Notes under the pieces: generated by a model | Seen by the model: the letters and a program-made list of their open reading frames with translations, nothing else | Database searches by the model: none | What the model was told of the DNA's origin: nothing | Shown: positions 1-8,679 of the stretch, in pieces | Numbering within the stretch: position 1 is the stretch's first letter | How the letters are laid out: the number at the start of each line of letters is the position of its first letter | Origin: Thermoplasmatota archaeon | Lineage (GTDB): Archaea > Thermoplasmatota > E2 > JACPAO01 > JAHFTW01 | Reading direction: 5' to 3' | Length of the DNA stretch: 64,000 nt | Assembly (NCBI GenBank): GCA_041601615.1 | Contig: JBFIHX010000003.1 | Coordinates: 1 to 64,000 of the forward strand | Made by a program: the position numbers and the translations under genes

Positions 1-268
1 AACTCGCGTAGCAAATCCTGCCCGCACCGGGAGCTCATGCATGGACAAATTGATCCGTGAGGTCGAGCGGAGCGAGTGCCTCACTTGATGCCGGATCGAC
101 CGAGGGCGGTCGCTCGATATGGGCGCGCTTCTTCGCGAAGTGGGTCCGCTCATGGGTGCGAAGGGCGGCGGGCGACCGGACTTTGCGCAGGGCGCTGGCT
201 CGGACCCAAGCCAACTCGACGCATGCCTCGCGGCTGCGGTGGCGGCGGTCAAGGCGAAGCTTGCCTAG
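1..268 (+). CDS. alaS: C-terminal fragment (DHHA1/C-Ala domain) of probable alanyl-tRNA synthetase; partial, reading frame disturbed upstream of nt 119
   Basis: Frame from ATG 119 reads MGALLREVGPLMGAKGGGRPDFAQGAG...KAKLA* (TAG 266-268), the GxGGGRxDFAQG motif of the AlaRS C-terminus; in-frame TGA at 86-88. Confidence 0.7.
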
Positions 269-870
269 GTGGTGGGTTCGGGTTCTGGCATTTGCCATTC
301 CTGGTTTTGGGTCTCGATGAACCCTTCGACCGAGTAGGCTTGTCGTGTCACATCCACGTACACGGATGGGTCGGTTCCGGCCTTGGGGCTTGGCCAGACG
401 ATGAGGTAGGCGGAGCCGTCGCCGGGGATGCCGGGGCCTTCGAGTTCCAGTGTCAGGTCTCCGGGGCCTTCGACGATGCCGAGCAGGGCGCCGGCGGCGT
501 CGTAGGCGGCAAACGCGAGGCCGAATTGTGTGGCGTCGGCGGGTGTCCAAGTGAGGTTGAAGGTGGCGCGGGTGAGATTGTGGTCAAACACGAGGGGGGC
601 GATGTGTTGGTTGTCGGGTTGGATTTGCTGGCCGGCGGGGCAATTGCCGGTGCCGTGGGGGCCGGTGCAGAGGAATGCGCCTTCCTTGGTGCGGCCGTCC
701 CAGGAAAAGGGGGTGCGGGCAAATACATCCACGAGCACTGGTTGTGCTTCGATGGTTTCGAGCGGGTCTTGATTGGCTTCGCTGTCTTCGGAGTTGGCGG
801 CGGGGGTGTTGCTGGTGCAGCCTGCCAGCAGGAGGGCGGCGACGACGATGAGGGTCAAGTTCCAGCGCAT
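265..870 (-). CDS. hypothetical lipoprotein
   Basis: Signal peptide with lipobox LLAGC; 201-aa ORF. Confidence 0.7.
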   Translation of the reverse strand: MRWNLTLIVVAALLLAGCTSNTPAANSEDSEANQDPLETIEAQPVLVDVFARTPFSWDGRTKEGAFLCTGPHGTGNCPAGQQIQPDNQHIAPLVFDHNLTRATFNLTWTPADATQFGLAFAAYDAAGALLGIVEGPGDLTLELEGPGIPGDGSAYLIVWPSPKAGTDPSVYVDVTRQAYSVEGFIETQNQEWQMPEPEPTT

Positions 871-971
871 TCATGGGGGACTTGGCAGCGGGGCCATAGG
901 TGTTGTGTCGCGCTCGTCGAACCCGTGTTTCTGGGGTTGGCGACCGTTTTTTGCCTTCGTCAAGCCCAACG

Positions 972-2417
972 TTAGACCATGGCGGGCTTTGAGGTGCTTT
1001 CTAGCTTCGTGCTGTGTGCCGTTTTTGCTTCCTTGGCGATGGCTCGGATGAGGTCGTGAAACAGCCAGCGGTGGATGGGGTAGAGGGCGTTCCAGTAGAG
1101 GAGGCCGGGGACTCCTTGTGGCTCGAAGAGGGCGGTTTGCACGAGGCGGCTGTGGTTGGCGTCGATGGGGGTGATGTGGAATTCTAGCCAGGCGCGGCCG
1201 GGTAAGCGCATTTCGGCGCGCAGGCGTAGGAGGTGCGGCACTTGGATGGCTTCCACGCGCCAGAAATCTAGGGTTTCGCCTTCGGCAATCAGGCCGTGTT
1301 TGGTGTTGCGTGGTGTGCGTCGCATGCCGGGGCCGCCAAGGAGGCGATCCACGGCGCCGCGGGCTTGCCATGCCCAATTCCAAGCAAGCCATCCTTGCGT
1401 GCCGCCGAGTCCGGCCACTACGGCAAAGAGTTGTTCGGCGGGGGCGTCCACTTGGATGCTGCGGGTCTCGCGTTTGTGGTTTTGTTCGTCTGCCAGTCGG
1501 TATTTGGAGGTCTCTGCTCCCTGCTGGGGGGTGCTGCTTAGGCTGTCTTGTTGGGTAAGTGCGAGTCGGACGGCTTCGGCGTAGCCACGGGGGTGGATGC
1601 CTGGAAAGATGCGATTTGCGGCGGCTAGGTTTGCGTGCAGTGGTGCGCGTGCGCCGTCGATGATGGGGACTGCGAGTCGGTTGGGGATGGGGGTTACGAA
1701 GCCGACCCAGCGGGCAGCTAGGCGTGGTGCCAGGAACGGTGTGGGAAGCAGGAGTCGGCGGCGTAGGCCGCGTAGCTCTGCGTATCGGCGCAGCATGTCG
1801 GCAAAGGAGAGCGTTTGGCCGCCGATGTCGACGATGCCGGCGGGGCCTTGTTGGAGGGCGGCGACGAGGTAGGCGGTTACGTCGTCGATGGCGATGCATT
1901 GGACGAGGTTGCGGGTCCAGCGTGGGGTGACCATGACGGGTAGGCGTTCGCTGAGGTATCGTACCATCTCGAAGCTGGTGCTGCCGCTGCCGATGATGGG
2001 GCCGGCGCGAAATTCGGTGGTGGGTAGGCCTTGGGCGAGGATGGTGCCGACGGTGGCGCGGCTGGCGAGGTGGGCACGGGCGTCGCGTTTTGGTTGTAGG
2101 CCGCCGAGGTAGATGCAATGGTCTGTGTGGACGTTGTTGGCGAAGTTGTGGGCGGAGGTTGCTTCGGCGTCTTGGAATGCGCCGGAGTCGGCCATGCTGT
2201 GGACGAGGTAGTAGGCGGCGTCAAAGTGGGGCAGTGTGGCAAGGCTGTCGGCGTTGAGAAGATCGCCTTGGTGCATGGTGACGTGGCTGCTCCAGCTTTG
2301 GTCGGCGGCGCGTTTAGGGTCGCGAACAAGGGCGTGGACTTCGTGGCGGGCTTCGAGCAGGAGGGGAATCAAGTTGCCGCCGACGTACCCGGTTGCGCCC
2401 GTGACGAGGATGCGCAT
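972..2417 (-). CDS. atypical SDR / NAD(P)-binding oxidoreductase with DUF2867 C-terminal domain (YbjT-like)
   Basis: ILVTGATGYVGG Rossmann motif, AYYLVHSM, C-terminal LDFWRVE...LRAEMRLPGRAWLEF. Confidence 0.88.
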   Translation of the reverse strand: MRILVTGATGYVGGNLIPLLLEARHEVHALVRDPKRAADQSWSSHVTMHQGDLLNADSLATLPHFDAAYYLVHSMADSGAFQDAEATSAHNFANNVHTDHCIYLGGLQPKRDARAHLASRATVGTILAQGLPTTEFRAGPIIGSGSTSFEMVRYLSERLPVMVTPRWTRNLVQCIAIDDVTAYLVAALQQGPAGIVDIGGQTLSFADMLRRYAELRGLRRRLLLPTPFLAPRLAARWVGFVTPIPNRLAVPIIDGARAPLHANLAAANRIFPGIHPRGYAEAVRLALTQQDSLSSTPQQGAETSKYRLADEQNHKRETRSIQVDAPAEQLFAVVAGLGGTQGWLAWNWAWQARGAVDRLLGGPGMRRTPRNTKHGLIAEGETLDFWRVEAIQVPHLLRLRAEMRLPGRAWLEFHITPIDANHSRLVQTALFEPQGVPGLLYWNALYPIHRWLFHDLIRAIAKEAKTAHSTKLESTSKPAMV

Positions 2418-2562
2418 GTGTTTGGTTGGTCGCGGCGGCTTTTCAGGGTTGGTTCAGGGTGGAATGCCCCATTGGGGTTGGCGCTTGGATGCTCGGGTGT
2501 TGGAGGCTTGGTCCGCTTGCTCGAACCGCCCCCTTCAAGCACGATGGGTTCAGTGGCTGCGT

Positions 2563-3144
2563 ATGCAGTACGCCGTCCTTTATGGATCGACTCGCAGCGA
2601 CCGTCAGGGCATCAAGGCTGCCCATTTCATCGTCCGGCACTTGAAGGCTCGTGGGCATGAGGCGACTTTGTTGGATGCTTGCGAATTGGATTTGCCCATG
2701 CTGGACAAGATGTACAAGCAGTTTGACGAGGGGGAGGCGCCGGAGCCGATGCAGCGGGCGCATGATGTATTGGAGGCGGCGGACGGTTTCGTGGTGGTAA
2801 GTGGGGAGTACAATCACTCGGTGCCCCCGGCGCTCAAGAATCTCCTGGACCATTTCCAGCGAGAGTATTTCTTCAAGCCGGGGGGCATTTGCACGTACTC
2901 GGCGGGGCCGTTTGCGGGTGCGCGGGTTTCTGTGCATTTGCGGGCGATTCTCGGGGAGTTGGGCATGACGACTCCGAGCATCATGTTTGGTGTCAGTCGT
3001 GTGGGGGCGGCTTTCACGGACGAGGGCGAGGATACTACGGAGGACGGTTCGTGGGATCGTCGGGTGCAGCGTTTCTTGGATGAATTGGACTGGCACACGG
3101 ATGCACTCAAGTCGAAGCGGGAGAAGGACGGCACGCCGTTTTGA
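2563..3144 (+). CDS. NADPH-dependent FMN reductase
   Basis: LYGSTR, ADGFVVVSGEYNHSVPPALKNLLD flavodoxin-like motif; start moved to ATG 2563 behind a TATA-like CTTCAAG. Confidence 0.9.
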   Translation: MQYAVLYGSTRSDRQGIKAAHFIVRHLKARGHEATLLDACELDLPMLDKMYKQFDEGEAPEPMQRAHDVLEAADGFVVVSGEYNHSVPPALKNLLDHFQREYFFKPGGICTYSAGPFAGARVSVHLRAILGELGMTTPSIMFGVSRVGAAFTDEGEDTTEDGSWDRRVQRFLDELDWHTDALKSKREKDGTPF

Positions 3145-3201
3145 GTGTCGGCCGGGCATCAGGGGGGAGAAGCATCAAGCGCGGTTGCCCATGTCGGCTG
3201 C

Positions 3202-4191
3202 ATGAAGGTCCACGCCCACGCCGCCCACACGCCCGGAGAATCACTGCGTCCCTTCGAGTATGACGCGTCCCCTGGTGCCGGCGAGGTGCTGATTCGTGTT
3301 TCGCATTGTGGCATTTGCCGCTCGGATGTGCATTTGGTGGATGGCGGCTGGGGCACGCAGGGTTTTCCGTTGGTTCCGGGCCATGAGGTAATCGGCACGG
3401 TGGAGGAGACGGGGGCGGGCGTCGAAGTTCACGAGGTGGGCGATCGCGTGGGTCTGGGGTGGCAGTGTGGTGCTTGTCATGCCTGCGAATATTGCTTGCG
3501 TGGTGATCAGAATTTGTGCAGCAAGAATCGGGCGACGGCGCGCAGTTTTGGTGGTTTTGCGGACTTGGTGCTTGCTGAGGCTCCGCTTGTGGTTCCCGTT
3601 CCGGATGGGCTTGACGCGGCGCGGACGGCCCCCTTGCTTTGTGGTGGAGTCACGACCTATTCGCCCATTCGGCGCTTAGCGCGTCCTGGTTCGCGTGTCG
3701 GGATTGTTGGGCTCGGTGGGTTGGGCCATCTTGGGGTGCAGTGGGCGGCGGCTATGGGGCACGATGTGACGGTGTTCAGTCATTCGCCTGCGAAGGCCGA
3801 CGAAGCGGAGCGGCTGGGGGCGGACACGTTTGTGGACAGCAACGATGCGGCGGCGGTGGCTGCGGCGCGCTGCGATTTGATTGTGCAAACCGTGGATGTG
3901 GACTTGAATTGGGGCGCCTATCTGCAGGCGCTTCGACCCAATGGCACGTTGTGCTTCGTGGGGGTGCCTCCCAGTCCCTTGTCGGTGCATGTGGGGAGTT
4001 TGTTGGGTGGCCAAAAGTCGGTGACGGCGAGTGCCATTGGCGGAGCGGCCATGATCAAGGACATGCTGGAGTTCGCGGAACGTCATGACGTGGGTGCTGT
4101 AGTGGAGCGAATGCCGATGGCGGAGGCGAATGCGGCGCTGGATCGCACGCGGCAGGGTAAGGCGCGCTACCGCATGGTTTTGGAAGCCTGA
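3202..4191 (+). CDS. Zn-dependent NAD(P) alcohol/aldehyde dehydrogenase (Ahr/CAD-like)
   Basis: CGICRSD, PGHEVIG, CGACHACEYC structural Zn site, GLGGLG, ARYRMVL. Confidence 0.92.
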   Translation: MKVHAHAAHTPGESLRPFEYDASPGAGEVLIRVSHCGICRSDVHLVDGGWGTQGFPLVPGHEVIGTVEETGAGVEVHEVGDRVGLGWQCGACHACEYCLRGDQNLCSKNRATARSFGGFADLVLAEAPLVVPVPDGLDAARTAPLLCGGVTTYSPIRRLARPGSRVGIVGLGGLGHLGVQWAAAMGHDVTVFSHSPAKADEAERLGADTFVDSNDAAAVAAARCDLIVQTVDVDLNWGAYLQALRPNGTLCFVGVPPSPLSVHVGSLLGGQKSVTASAIGGAAMIKDMLEFAERHDVGAVVERMPMAEANAALDRTRQGKARYRMVLEA

Positions 4192-4247
4192 CGGCAAAGG
4201 GGTCGGGGGCCGTGGTTTTATCGGCGGTGGCGTCGAACGGGTAGGGT

Positions 4248-4721
4248 ATGGAGGTGTTGGCCCGTGTGCAGGCGTGGTTGGAGGAGGACGGCTATGATGT
4301 TCGGGCCGAGGTGGGCACAGGCCGTGGTATGCTGGTGGTGCCGTTTTCTCCCAATCCGGAGGATGTAGGGCAGTGGCGACCGGAGATTCGTGTGGGTCGT
4401 GACACGGCTCGTCGCCGGTTGGTGGTGTCCCTTCAAGCGAGTCTTGTGGACGAGCATCATGAGTTGCTGAACGGGTCGAGCTTGGCGGCGTCTTCGGCGC
4501 GCAAGCACATTCGTCGAAATTTGTTCTTGCAGGGCTTGGGCATCTCCTTTCTTGGAGAAGGTGGCGTGGAGTCGTTGCTGGTGGATGATGTGCTGTACGA
4601 TGATGCGCCCATCACCAAGGATCTCGTGATGCGGACGCTGCGGCAGGTGTACGGGGCGATGCTGTTTATCGAGGATGTCTTGACGGCTGCGTGTCATCCG
4701 AGTGTGGAGTTGGATGTTTAG
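4248..4721 (+). CDS. hypothetical protein (possibly DUF2299/T3SS-chaperone-like fold)
   Basis: 157-aa ORF with normal composition; the N-terminal QAWLEEDGY resemblance is weak. Confidence 0.55.
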   Translation: MEVLARVQAWLEEDGYDVRAEVGTGRGMLVVPFSPNPEDVGQWRPEIRVGRDTARRRLVVSLQASLVDEHHELLNGSSLAASSARKHIRRNLFLQGLGISFLGEGGVESLLVDDVLYDDAPITKDLVMRTLRQVYGAMLFIEDVLTAACHPSVELDV

Positions 4722-4864
4722 TTGGGCCATGAGGGCGATGAGGGCCTTGGGGGCCATGTGGGCCGTTGGGTGATGGAGCGAACTGGACGCGACGCTTGGA
4801 GAGGACGAGGGCCCCAATCGGCATCGGGCCTGTGCTGCGTCGGCCTGGGATTGGCGGGTGCCGG

Positions 4865-5470
4865 TTACGGGGTCGGGGCTACCGAATTGGGCACGGTGAC
4901 GAAGATTGCGTGCACGGTGAACATCCTTGGTTCGATGTTTGCGGAAAGTGTCGGCGCATCCACTGGCGGTCGAGCCACGGGATTGTCGTTGATCCGCAAG
5001 ACTGGATGGACGTGCAGGTTGAGCTGGCCGTCGGGTGCGAGCCCGGCTTCTCTACCCAGGACAATCGTGGTTGGCCCGTCCGATTCAATGGTGGTGGCGT
5101 GACCGTCTTGTTCCATGGTCAAGATTAGGCCTTCGAGGTCGGCCGTTGGTTCCCAATCAAGTTGGAGCGTGAGTTCGACCACCGAGCCCGAGTAGTGCAG
5201 GATGGTGGTGTCTTCGCCCTGGTGCAAAAGAGGATTCTCAATACAGCTTCCATTGGCCGATGCTAGGCCGCAGATACGCACTCCATCGCTCGTGGAGCCT
5301 GTCCAGTCCACCACGGTCGTGCGCATGGTGGAGGGCACATCGGGACCTTTGGCGCCGGCTGGCTCTGGGCCGGACGAACTGCCGTTTCGTTCGGCTGGCT
5401 CGGTATTGTCCAGTGGCGTCGTGCAGCCTGCAAGTACCACGAGGAACGGCACGAGCCATGCTGGGCGCAT
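4865..5470 (-). CDS. hypothetical lipoprotein
   Basis: MRPAWLVPFLVVLAGC lipobox. Confidence 0.7.
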   Translation of the reverse strand: MRPAWLVPFLVVLAGCTTPLDNTEPAERNGSSSGPEPAGAKGPDVPSTMRTTVVDWTGSTSDGVRICGLASANGSCIENPLLHQGEDTTILHYSGSVVELTLQLDWEPTADLEGLILTMEQDGHATTIESDGPTTIVLGREAGLAPDGQLNLHVHPVLRINDNPVARPPVDAPTLSANIEPRMFTVHAIFVTVPNSVAPTP

Positions 5471-5618
5471 CAGAGGGACAAACCAGCCACATTCCTTGAG
5501 TGTTGTGCCGTGTTTCGCTACAATCCAATTTTTTCCAGCCCATTTTCTTGCGTTTTGGGCCGATTGAATGGACATGTTTGGCGACATCGGCCGGATATCG
5601 CTTCGCTATGGGATGCGG

Positions 5619-5651
5619 GGTGGTGGTGGTGGTGGTGGTGGTGGTGGTGGT
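5619..5651. repeat. (GGT)11 microsatellite, intergenic
   Basis: Read directly from the sequence. Confidence 0.95.
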
Positions 5652-5820
5652 TGGAGGGCTGCGCGAGCCCCTGCGCGACAGGATTGGGGATGTGTTGCCC
5701 AAGGGTATGGTGGGGTGCCAGATGGCACAGCAACAAGCCCTCCCAGGGCAGCTGGTATATTTTCTATATTAATGCCCCAGTCCTCGAACGGGAAGCGGCT
5801 CCTTCCGAGGGGACTGGACC

Positions 5821-5830
5821 CCTTAATACT
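5821..5830 (+). promoter_or_regulatory. TATA-like box (CCTTAATACT) about 25-30 nt upstream of ATG 5852; probably leaderless mRNA
   Basis: AT-rich element at archaeal TATA spacing in a GC-rich background. Confidence 0.55.
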
Positions 5831-5851
5831 CCTACTTGTGTAGTAAGTCCC

Positions 5852-6241
5852 ATGGCAGAAGCTAAGGCCCGCCGCACCACCATCGCCCTCTGGATTCTCA
5901 CAGGAATCCTGGGACTCGCATTCCTCGCCTCCGGCGCAGGAAAACTTTCCGGAAGCATGGACGAAACCCTCCTCGCGCTGAACGTTCCATCCTGGGCCAT
6001 TCCCCTCATCGGCTCACTGGAAATTGCCGGCGCCATCGCCCTCCTCATTCCCCGTGCCCGCTTCTGGGCCAGCACCGGCCTCACCGCCATCATGCTCGGC
6101 GCCATCGGAACACACTTCCTGAACGCCGACTGGGGCCCCAGCATCGCGCCGCTCGTACTGGCTGCCCTTGCCGGCACGCTCGCCTGGCACACCCGCCCCG
6201 AATGGGCCATCACGACCACCGCAAAGGGAAGTACCACATGA
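5852..6241 (+). CDS. DoxX family membrane protein
   Basis: Four TM segments; AFLASGAGKL, IGSLEIAGAIALLIP, MLGAIGTH. Confidence 0.85.
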   Translation: MAEAKARRTTIALWILTGILGLAFLASGAGKLSGSMDETLLALNVPSWAIPLIGSLEIAGAIALLIPRARFWASTGLTAIMLGAIGTHFLNADWGPSIAPLVLAALAGTLAWHTRPEWAITTTAKGSTT

Positions 6242-6813
6242 ACGCCGCACTCGAACACCGCACCGCCAGCGCCCCCATCGACCCCCGCTTCATGACACGC
6301 TGGAGCCCCCGCGCCTTCCACGAACGCGCCATCCCAGATACGGTCCTCGAAAGCCTCTTCGAAGCCGCCCGCTGGGCTCCCAGTTCCTTCAACGAACAAC
6401 CCTGGCACTTCCACATCACGACTCGCGGAGCCGCCCGGGACGAACTCAACGAGGCAATCTTCCCCTTCAACCGCGCCTGGAGTGACGCCGCGCCAGCCAT
6501 CATCTTCATCACCGCACGACGAACCCTAGCCGCCAACGGCAAACCCAACGCCCACGCATGGTTCGACGCCGGTGCTGCCACACTGCAACTCGTCATGCAA
6601 GCCCAAGAACACGGCCTCGTTGCCCACGCCATGGGTGGAATCGACGCCGCACGCGCCCACGCGCTTCTCAAGCTCGACGAGGACACCGAAGTGGTCGCCG
6701 CCCTCGCCATCGGCTTTGCCGGTGACCCCGCAGCACTCCCCGAAAACCTTCGAGAACGAGAACAACCAAGCACCCGAAAGCCCCTCCACGAGGTCTACAC
6801 CGAGGTCCAATGA
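6238..6813 (+). CDS. nitroreductase family protein
   Basis: RWSPRAF, EAARWAPSSFNEQPW, HAMGG; ATGA overlap with the doxX gene. Confidence 0.92.
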   Translation: MNAALEHRTASAPIDPRFMTRWSPRAFHERAIPDTVLESLFEAARWAPSSFNEQPWHFHITTRGAARDELNEAIFPFNRAWSDAAPAIIFITARRTLAANGKPNAHAWFDAGAATLQLVMQAQEHGLVAHAMGGIDAARAHALLKLDEDTEVVAALAIGFAGDPAALPENLREREQPSTRKPLHEVYTEVQ

Positions 6814-7499
6814 CCGTCACCCGCATCACCCGAAGCAACCAACGCGCCCACAAAAACCACGGCTGGCTCGACACCCACCACAGCTTCAGCTTTGCCGACT
6901 GGTACGACCCCACCCGCCTCAGCCACAGCAACCTCCGCGTCCTCAACCAAGACCGCATCCAACAAGGCACAGGATTCGGCGCCCACCCCCACAAGGACAT
7001 GGAAATCGTCAGCTACGTCCTCGAAGGCGCCCTCGGGCACCAAGACAACATGGGCAACCAACACACCATCCGCCCCGGCGACGTCCAACGCATGACCGCC
7101 GGCACCGGCATCGTCCACGCAGAACAAAACGCCCACCCCGGAACGACTGAATTTCTGCAAATGTGGATCATCCCCGACCAAACGGGGCTCCCGCCAAGCT
7201 ACGACCAAAAGAGCTTCGAGCTGCAAAACGGCTGGACCCTAGTTGCCGCACCCGCCAAGGAAGCACCCGCTTCCGCCGTGGGACTGAACGCGAACGCCCA
7301 CCTTTGGGCCGCCACTCCAGACCCCGGCGACGAACTGCAACTGGACATGCCCCGCCCCACCGGCTACCTCCACGTCGCCCGCGGCCACATCCAGATCGAC
7401 GGCGAAGACCTCCACGCAGGCGACGCCGCCATCGTGTCCGGAAACATCAACCTCAAAACCATCCAAGCAAGCAACCTCATCCTGTGGGGCCTCCCATGA
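6810..7499 (+). CDS. pirin family protein (YhhW-like)
   Basis: HSFSFADWYDP, GFGAHPHKDMEI, QRMTAGTGIVHAE. Confidence 0.92.
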   Translation: MTVTRITRSNQRAHKNHGWLDTHHSFSFADWYDPTRLSHSNLRVLNQDRIQQGTGFGAHPHKDMEIVSYVLEGALGHQDNMGNQHTIRPGDVQRMTAGTGIVHAEQNAHPGTTEFLQMWIIPDQTGLPPSYDQKSFELQNGWTLVAAPAKEAPASAVGLNANAHLWAATPDPGDELQLDMPRPTGYLHVARGHIQIDGEDLHAGDAAIVSGNINLKTIQASNLILWGLP

Positions 7500-8614
7500 C
7501 CACCCGAACCATCACTCACGTCCACACCGCCCAACGCCAACTCGAAGGCGCCGGCTTTGAAGTCCGCCGCCCCTTCCCCAGCGCCCTGGCCCGCATGGTC
7601 GACCCATTCATCCTCCTTGACCACATGGGCCCCAACACCTTCGGCCCCGGCGAAGGCGTCGGCGCCCCCGACCACCCCCACCGGGGCTTCGAAACCGTGA
7701 CCTACATCCTCGAGGGCACCTTCGAGCACCGCGACAGCGTCGGCAACCACGGAGTCCTGCGCGCGGGCGACGTACAATGGATGACCGCAGGCCGAGGCGT
7801 CGTACACAGCGAAATGCCCGAAGCCGAATTCAACGCCCAAGGCGGCACCCTGCAAGGCTTCCAACTCTGGGTCAACCTCCCCGCCGCCGACAAAATGATC
7901 CCACCGCGCTACCAAGACACCCCCGCAGCAGCCATGCCACTCGTGGAACTGCCCGACGGCGCCGGGACCGTGAAGATCATCGCCGGCCGCTCGCAAGGCC
8001 AAGAAGCCGTCATCGAAACCCGCACCCCCATCCTGTTCGTCCACGCAACCCTCGCCCCCGGCGGCCGCATGAGCCAAGAAGTGCCACAAGACCACGACGG
8101 CTTCCTGTACACCGTCCAAGGCGGGGGCGTTGCCGGCGGACGCACCATGACGGAAGGTCAAATCGGCCTCCTCGGACCCGGAGACACCGCCGACCTCGTC
8201 GCCGGCCCCGACGGCTGGAACGTCCTCCTCATCGCGGGTCGCCCCATCCGCGAACCCGTCGTCCAATGGGGCCCCTTCGTCATGAACACCGAAGCCGAGA
8301 TCCACCAAGCGATCCGCGACTACCAAGCAGGCCTTCTGGGCACCATTGACAAGACCACACGCAAGCCCCGCGTCCTCGTATTCGCCGCCGACCAAGCCAC
8401 CGCCACCGCCCTCGTGCGCCGCATGGACGGCAAAGGCCTCGACGTACAAGCCACCACAGACCCCGCCAGCGCCGAACGACGCCTGCGAGCCGGCGTTGAG
8501 CTGTACGTCCACGACCACCCCGGCGACCGGTTGCTTCGGCTTGCGGCCAGTAGTGGGGTGCGCATCGCGCGGGCTGTGGAGCTCGACGAGGCGCTCGCCC
8601 GGCTGCTCCCTTGA
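7496..8614 (+). CDS. pirin family protein with C-terminal extension
   Basis: DPFILLDH, DHPHRGFETVTY, QWMTAGRGVVHSE, GPFVMNT; about 85 extra C-terminal residues. Confidence 0.9.
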   Translation: MTTRTITHVHTAQRQLEGAGFEVRRPFPSALARMVDPFILLDHMGPNTFGPGEGVGAPDHPHRGFETVTYILEGTFEHRDSVGNHGVLRAGDVQWMTAGRGVVHSEMPEAEFNAQGGTLQGFQLWVNLPAADKMIPPRYQDTPAAAMPLVELPDGAGTVKIIAGRSQGQEAVIETRTPILFVHATLAPGGRMSQEVPQDHDGFLYTVQGGGVAGGRTMTEGQIGLLGPGDTADLVAGPDGWNVLLIAGRPIREPVVQWGPFVMNTEAEIHQAIRDYQAGLLGTIDKTTRKPRVLVFAADQATATALVRRMDGKGLDVQATTDPASAERRLRAGVELYVHDHPGDRLLRLAASSGVRIARAVELDEALARLLP

Positions 8615-8679
8615 TGTAGGGCCCCCGCCTCGAAGGCACCGTGGGCAAGGATCACGCACCCAGCCAAAGCCGCCGCATC

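Noticed and set aside
5238-5843. Poly-Thr/Val/Trp/His/Gly ORFs across the GGT repeat
   Set aside because: Translation artefacts of an intergenic microsatellite
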